Shown in pieces: positions 59,571-64,000 of a DNA stretch of 64,000 nt (the stretch's first letter is position 1; each line of letters opens with the position of its first letter). The notes below the pieces were generated by a model. The model saw only the letters and a program-made list of their open reading frames with translations, was not told the DNA's origin and did no database searches. Both the position numbers and the translations under genes were made by a program. This DNA is from Candidatus Poribacteria bacterium (GTDB lineage: Bacteria > Poribacteria > WGA-4E > WGA-3G): positions 960,001 through 1,024,000 of the forward strand of contig OZ219753.1 of NCBI GenBank assembly GCA_964291315.2. Direction: 5' to 3'.

Positions 59571-61370
59571 TTAAATCCGAAAAATTTCCCCTAATTTTCC
59601 GCCGAGTACACGCCCTGCGCCGAGCAGGCAGGCAATTAGGATTAACATGCCGACCACGCCGAGTGCGCTCGCCGTGTAGGGGCCGTGATCGGGGCGTTGA
59701 GAGAGTGACCAAATTGCTTTTGTAATCGGATAGTGCTGGTCTTTCATTGCTAGTATTAAGCTGTCGCTTACTTCGAGCATTGAGAAGGAGAATACCAGAA
59801 TCGCGCCGGCCAGGATATTTGCGATGACCAGGGGCAGTGTAATTTTATATAACGTCCGGATCGGCGTGGCGCCCATATTTTGTGATGCTTCTTCATATGA
59901 GACGCTGGTCTGCTGAAGTCCGGCATAGATAGAGCGCAGCATGTAGGGTAGCCGTCGCACTGCATAGCTGATAATCAGGAGAAAGGTTGGGTTCTGACGT
60001 GGATCGATCAGAGAGATAAAACGTTCTGGCAGATGCCGCAGCACGAAGGTTGTATCTGAGAAGCTGCCGAGATACCCAAACGCGATTGCGACTCCTGGTA
60101 GAGCGAGGGGGAGCATTGCAACCGCGTCCAATAGATTCTGGAAGGGGAGGCGTTTGCGAGTCAACAGATAGGAGACCACAACCCCGACGACTAGCGCCAG
60201 CAGTGTACTGAAAATACTGTATTTCAGGCTGTTAAGAATACTCGGGAGCGTATCGTCGTGTGTGAAGGTTTCCACGTAGTGTGACAATGTCCATGATTTT
60301 GGCAGCACGCTCAGTCGCCATGCGCTGGCATCTGGCGTTAAAGAGACCATAATAACGCTGATGTGTGGTAACAGCGCCATGAGTGTCAATCCGCCGATAA
60401 ACAGGTAGATAACCGTGCGCATGATCCGGCTTGCCTCCACTTCGCGTGAGGTTACATGTCCTCTGCCGAGCATTTCATAATGTCTGCTCCCGGTCCACCG
60501 TTTGGAAAAATAGAAGGCGAGTGCTGTTAGAGCAATGATTAGCACCACTAAGGCGTATCCCATGGGGTTGGCGTTCGCCTCGGTTACTTGTCGGAAAATG
60601 CGGACTGCGATAACTTCGTTGTAATCGAAGATTAGGGGGGTGCCGAGATCGGTGAATGCCCAGATAAAGACTAGTATTGCGCCGGCGAAGTAGCCGGGCA
60701 TCATCAAGGGGAGCGTTATCTGCCGGAAGACCTGAAAACGTGATGCGCCCATATTTTCTGCGGCTTCCTCTAAGCTGGGGTCTACGTTTGCGAGTGCTGC
60801 GACAATGTTGAGATACATTATGGGATACAGGTGCAGTGTTGAGAGCATCACCACTCCCCAGAAGCCGCCGCGGAACCAGTCGATAGTTTCGGTTATGTCG
60901 ATCAAGTTCAGTTTCACAAGGAGCATATTGATGCTGCCATATAGTCCGAAGAACTGCTGCATGCCAATTGCGCCCACGAAAGGCGGCATGATCATCGGGA
61001 TCAGGATAACAGCTCGTAATGTGTTGCGGCCTGGATACCGGAATCGCGTTAAAAAATAGGCTAGGGGGAGACTCACAAAGCTTGTGGCCGTTGTAACCGC
61101 AACCCCGATTTTGAAACTGTTGATAACCAGCTCTCGGATGTTAGGGTCGGTAACCATCAATTTGAAGTAGACGAGGTTAAATTTGTTTTCTATCCAGAAT
61201 GCTTCCTTGAAAACATAGAGGAGGGGGTATATGAGGAAGACAACAAAAAACAGCGTTGTTAACCCCAAAACCGTCATGATAGCGGGCGTTAAATCGTATC
61301 GGCGTCTGATCTTGTCGATGACAGACAGGTTTCTTTGAGGGCTCTGTTTTGCGTTTTGGCGATCCAGCAT
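59571..61370 (-). CDS. Fe3+/thiamine-type ABC transporter permease (FbpB-like, two TM domains)
   Basis: Two EAA motifs (LEEAAENMGAS, YEEASQNMGA), MPPFVGA, DLGTPL. Confidence 0.92.
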   Translation of the reverse strand: MLDRQNAKQSPQRNLSVIDKIRRRYDLTPAIMTVLGLTTLFFVVFLIYPLLYVFKEAFWIENKFNLVYFKLMVTDPNIRELVINSFKIGVAVTTATSFVSLPLAYFLTRFRYPGRNTLRAVILIPMIMPPFVGAIGMQQFFGLYGSINMLLVKLNLIDITETIDWFRGGFWGVVMLSTLHLYPIMYLNIVAALANVDPSLEEAAENMGASRFQVFRQITLPLMMPGYFAGAILVFIWAFTDLGTPLIFDYNEVIAVRIFRQVTEANANPMGYALVVLIIALTALAFYFSKRWTGSRHYEMLGRGHVTSREVEASRIMRTVIYLFIGGLTLMALLPHISVIMVSLTPDASAWRLSVLPKSWTLSHYVETFTHDDTLPSILNSLKYSIFSTLLALVVGVVVSYLLTRKRLPFQNLLDAVAMLPLALPGVAIAFGYLGSFSDTTFVLRHLPERFISLIDPRQNPTFLLIISYAVRRLPYMLRSIYAGLQQTSVSYEEASQNMGATPIRTLYKITLPLVIANILAGAILVFSFSMLEVSDSLILAMKDQHYPITKAIWSLSQRPDHGPYTASALGVVGMLILIACLLGAGRVLGGKLGEIFRI

Positions 61371-61623
61371 ATCTTTTTTGACCTTTTACTTTCCGCTTCC
61401 TTTCCGCTTCCGACAGAGGATGCAGCTATTTTATTCGTCATGCCGACTGATAAACAGCTCAATAATTATAACCGATATGCCTTATGTATTGCATCTATTT
61501 TTTAGCCCCGGGTTTATTAACGGCTATTTTACCAGGGCTTGTTGAAACGAAACACAATTCATGCTATACTTCATGCTATACTTTTATAGATATATTTACA
61601 ATGGCAGAATTATAGCACGGTTT

Positions 61624-62751
61624 ATGGCGACAGTAAAACTCGAAAACATTACGAAGCGATTCGGTGATCTGACCGCACTTGACGACATCAGTCTTGATAT
61701 TCGAGACGAGGAGTTCTTTGTTCTCCTCGGACAAACGAGCGCTGGGAAAACGACCACGCTTCGCTGTATCGCAGGCTTGGACAAACCGGAAGAGGGCACG
61801 ATCTACTTAAATGGTGTGAGCGTTAACGATAAAACCCCGGCGGAACGTGATGTCGCTTTCGTGTTCCAATCTCATATCCTCTATCCACATCTCAGCGTTT
61901 ATGAGAACATGGCGTTTCCACTCCATCCGAGATCTTTGTCTGGGGAAGAAATTGACCGGCGCGTTAGGGATATTGCGGAGATGCTCCATATTGAGCATCT
62001 TCTTGCGCGAAGGCCGAATCAATTGAGCGGTGGCGAAACCCAGCGCGTTGGCCTCGGGCGGGCTATGGTCCGGCGCCCTCAAGTCTTCCTGATGGATGAG
62101 CCTATCTCTAATCTTGACGCGAAGCTCCGCGCAGAAATGCGCGCCGAGATACGTTGGAGACAGCGGGAGCTCGGCACAACTACTCTCTATGTGACGCACG
62201 ATCAGGTTGAAGCGATGTCCATGGCAGACCGGATCGCTGTCTTGGAAGCGGGCAGAATACAACAGCTGGGAACCCCCGCTGACATCTACGACCACCCGGC
62301 GAATCTCTTTGTCGCGGGATTCATGGGTAACCCTAGCATGAACTGCATCCCGTCTGAAATCTCTAGTGCCAACGGCGAACTGCGTTTGACTTTGGCAGGC
62401 GAGACACTGCAGCGCAATTCGGTAACAATCCAGAACCGAAATATTAGCAAAATTTTAAAGGACAGCGATCCAAATCGAGAATTTGTTTTCGGAATACATC
62501 CTGAAGATGTTAGTGTGAGGCATCAAGCGATGGCAAATGCGTTTGGCGCTGAGGTCTATAGCATTGAGCCGCTCGGCGCAGAAACAGTAGTCGAACTAAC
62601 GCTCGGCACTGATGCCGCAGGCGTACATACAATACTTAAGGCATGCACAGTCCCCGACTTTCAAGCAGAGATTGGACAGCAAGTATACGTTACTTTTGCC
62701 GCCGATCGGATGCGTTTTTTTGACAAAACCACTGGCAACGCCTTGTTGTAA
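61624..62751 (+). CDS. ABC transporter ATP-binding protein (MalK-like)
   Basis: Walker A GQTSAGKTT, LSGGETQR, MDEPISNLDAKLR, HDQVEAMSMAD; start reassigned to MATVKL. Confidence 0.93.
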   Translation: MATVKLENITKRFGDLTALDDISLDIRDEEFFVLLGQTSAGKTTTLRCIAGLDKPEEGTIYLNGVSVNDKTPAERDVAFVFQSHILYPHLSVYENMAFPLHPRSLSGEEIDRRVRDIAEMLHIEHLLARRPNQLSGGETQRVGLGRAMVRRPQVFLMDEPISNLDAKLRAEMRAEIRWRQRELGTTTLYVTHDQVEAMSMADRIAVLEAGRIQQLGTPADIYDHPANLFVAGFMGNPSMNCIPSEISSANGELRLTLAGETLQRNSVTIQNRNISKILKDSDPNREFVFGIHPEDVSVRHQAMANAFGAEVYSIEPLGAETVVELTLGTDAAGVHTILKACTVPDFQAEIGQQVYVTFAADRMRFFDKTTGNALL

Positions 62752-62921
62752 GGGGTATCTGTAACCGTGATTCCTTAGCAATTATGAATTGGCAACTCAG
62801 GCTCTTTAACCTTATTCCAAATTTTCTAAAACGGATCGGGTGTCAATTACTGCGCCGACTTGGACATAACCCGGATGCGTGGCTGGAAAACTTTATCAGA
62901 AAACATAGAGGAGACTAATAC

Positions 62922-64000
62922 GTGAAAGGCGGAGATATTCTGATTGAATGCTTGAAAGCGCAAGGTGTTTCGGCAATTTTTGGCATGCCGGGCACCCAAA
63001 ATATCCATATCTACGATGCTTTGCTGCGGCGCGGCAAGGATGTGATCGCTCCGTATCTTGTTCGACATGAATACGCGGCAACGCAGATGGCGGATGGTTT
63101 TGCACGCGCAACAGGCGAACCCGGGGTGGCTATCACAGTGCCGGGCCCCGGGGCAAGCAACGCGTCTACCGGAATTCTAGAGGCGTTCACGGATTGCTCG
63201 CCCGTCTTACTGCTTACGGGGCAGAGCGATTCCAGATTCTATAGCAAACATCCGAGCAAGATGTTTCACGGATTAGACCAGATGCGCTTTTTTGAACCTA
63301 TTACGAAATATTGTGCTATTGCTCATACTGTTGCTGAGATACCGGTTGTTGTTGAAAACGCCTTTAAAGCGATGCGAAACGGCAGGCCGGGGCCCACAGT
63401 GTTAGAATTTCCAACTGATGTTGTCACAGCGGAAGGCGAGGTTCGGATCCCCGCGCGTGTAGAGCGAAGCGAATTAGCGCGACCCGACGATACGGATCTC
63501 GGCGCGGCTGTTGAAATGGTCCGCAATGCCAGAATGCCCTTGATCTTCGCTGGTTCCGCAGTGTTTCACTCAAATGCCCGCGAAGAATTACGTCTCCTTG
63601 CAGAAAAATTAAACGCCCCTGTTATTGTTACTCGGAACGCAAAAGGCGTTCTGCCGGAAGACCATCCGTTAGCGCTCCAAATTTGCTACGGTTATCTCGG
63701 CCGCGAGGCGCTCCAACGCGCCGATTGTCTCATCGGAATTGGGCCGCGTTTTACCTCTATCGATACCCGAAATTGGAGTCTGGCGTTGCCGGACACGTTC
63801 ATTCAGATTGATGAAGATGCGAACGAGATCGGGCTTGAATATCCGTGTGATGTCGGTGTGGTTGGCGACTTGAAGTTGAGTTTGCAAGCGCTCATAGAAG
63901 AGGTTATTCCCGGTCAAAACGACTGGAGCGAAATAGTGGCAAAGCTCCGAGCGAAGTTTGAGGCGCAGCCTGCGTTACCGATTATTCATGAATTACAAGA
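62922..64000 (+). CDS. Thiamine-pyrophosphate-dependent enzyme (acetolactate synthase-like), truncated at the right edge
   Basis: Not in the ORF track. GAGGAG RBS, GTG start, MKGGDILIECLKAQGVSAIFGMPG...RHEYAATQMADGFARATGEPGV...PGPGASN. Confidence 0.92.
   Translation, partial: MKGGDILIECLKAQGVSAIFGMPGTQNIHIYDALLRRGKDVIAPYLVRHEYAATQMADGFARATGEPGVAITVPGPGASNASTGILEAFTDCSPVLLLTGQSDSRFYSKHPSKMFHGLDQMRFFEPITKYCAIAHTVAEIPVVVENAFKAMRNGRPGPTVLEFPTDVVTAEGEVRIPARVERSELARPDDTDLGAAVEMVRNARMPLIFAGSAVFHSNAREELRLLAEKLNAPVIVTRNAKGVLPEDHPLALQICYGYLGREALQRADCLIGIGPRFTSIDTRNWSLALPDTFIQIDEDANEIGLEYPCDVGVVGDLKLSLQALIEEVIPGQNDWSEIVAKLRAKFEAQPALPIIHELQ

Overview
Bacterial chromosomal window. Its gene content resembles Candidatus Poribacteria (inference from the 'KLATTWG'-type C-terminal tails, the 'YPNPFNPETWIPY' C-terminal domain, and PhyH and LamG proteins). 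It holds a minus-strand type II secretion (T2SS)-like operon (gspE-F-G-H-I-J-K-pilM/L-M-D, 40544-54258), housekeeping genes (thiE, truD, bioA, glpK, gmhA, ABC components, an ILVB-like TPP enzyme), a histidine kinase/NtrC pair, an ECF sigma cluster, a TonB receptor and a class II terpene cyclase. Most notable observations: (1) an unannotated, highly structured ~345-nt minus-strand RNA between a perfect sigma70 promoter and an intrinsic terminator just downstream of gspD; (2) four secreted proteins, from three unrelated families, sharing a C-terminal V-E-x3-K-L-A-T-T-W-G-x-L-K tail, three of them next to the T2SS operon; (3) two paralogous beta-class DNA methyltransferase-HNH nuclease fusions with different central regions; (4) a recombining cluster of a Cys-rich secreted peptide and repeat-domain proteins sharing duplicated promoters, signal peptides and terminators; (5) a ferredoxin-membrane-Hsp20-like fusion; (6) a decayed restriction gene beside an intact methyltransferase. 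No rRNA, tRNA, CRISPR array or transposase was seen. All calls come from reading the sequence; no database searches were run.
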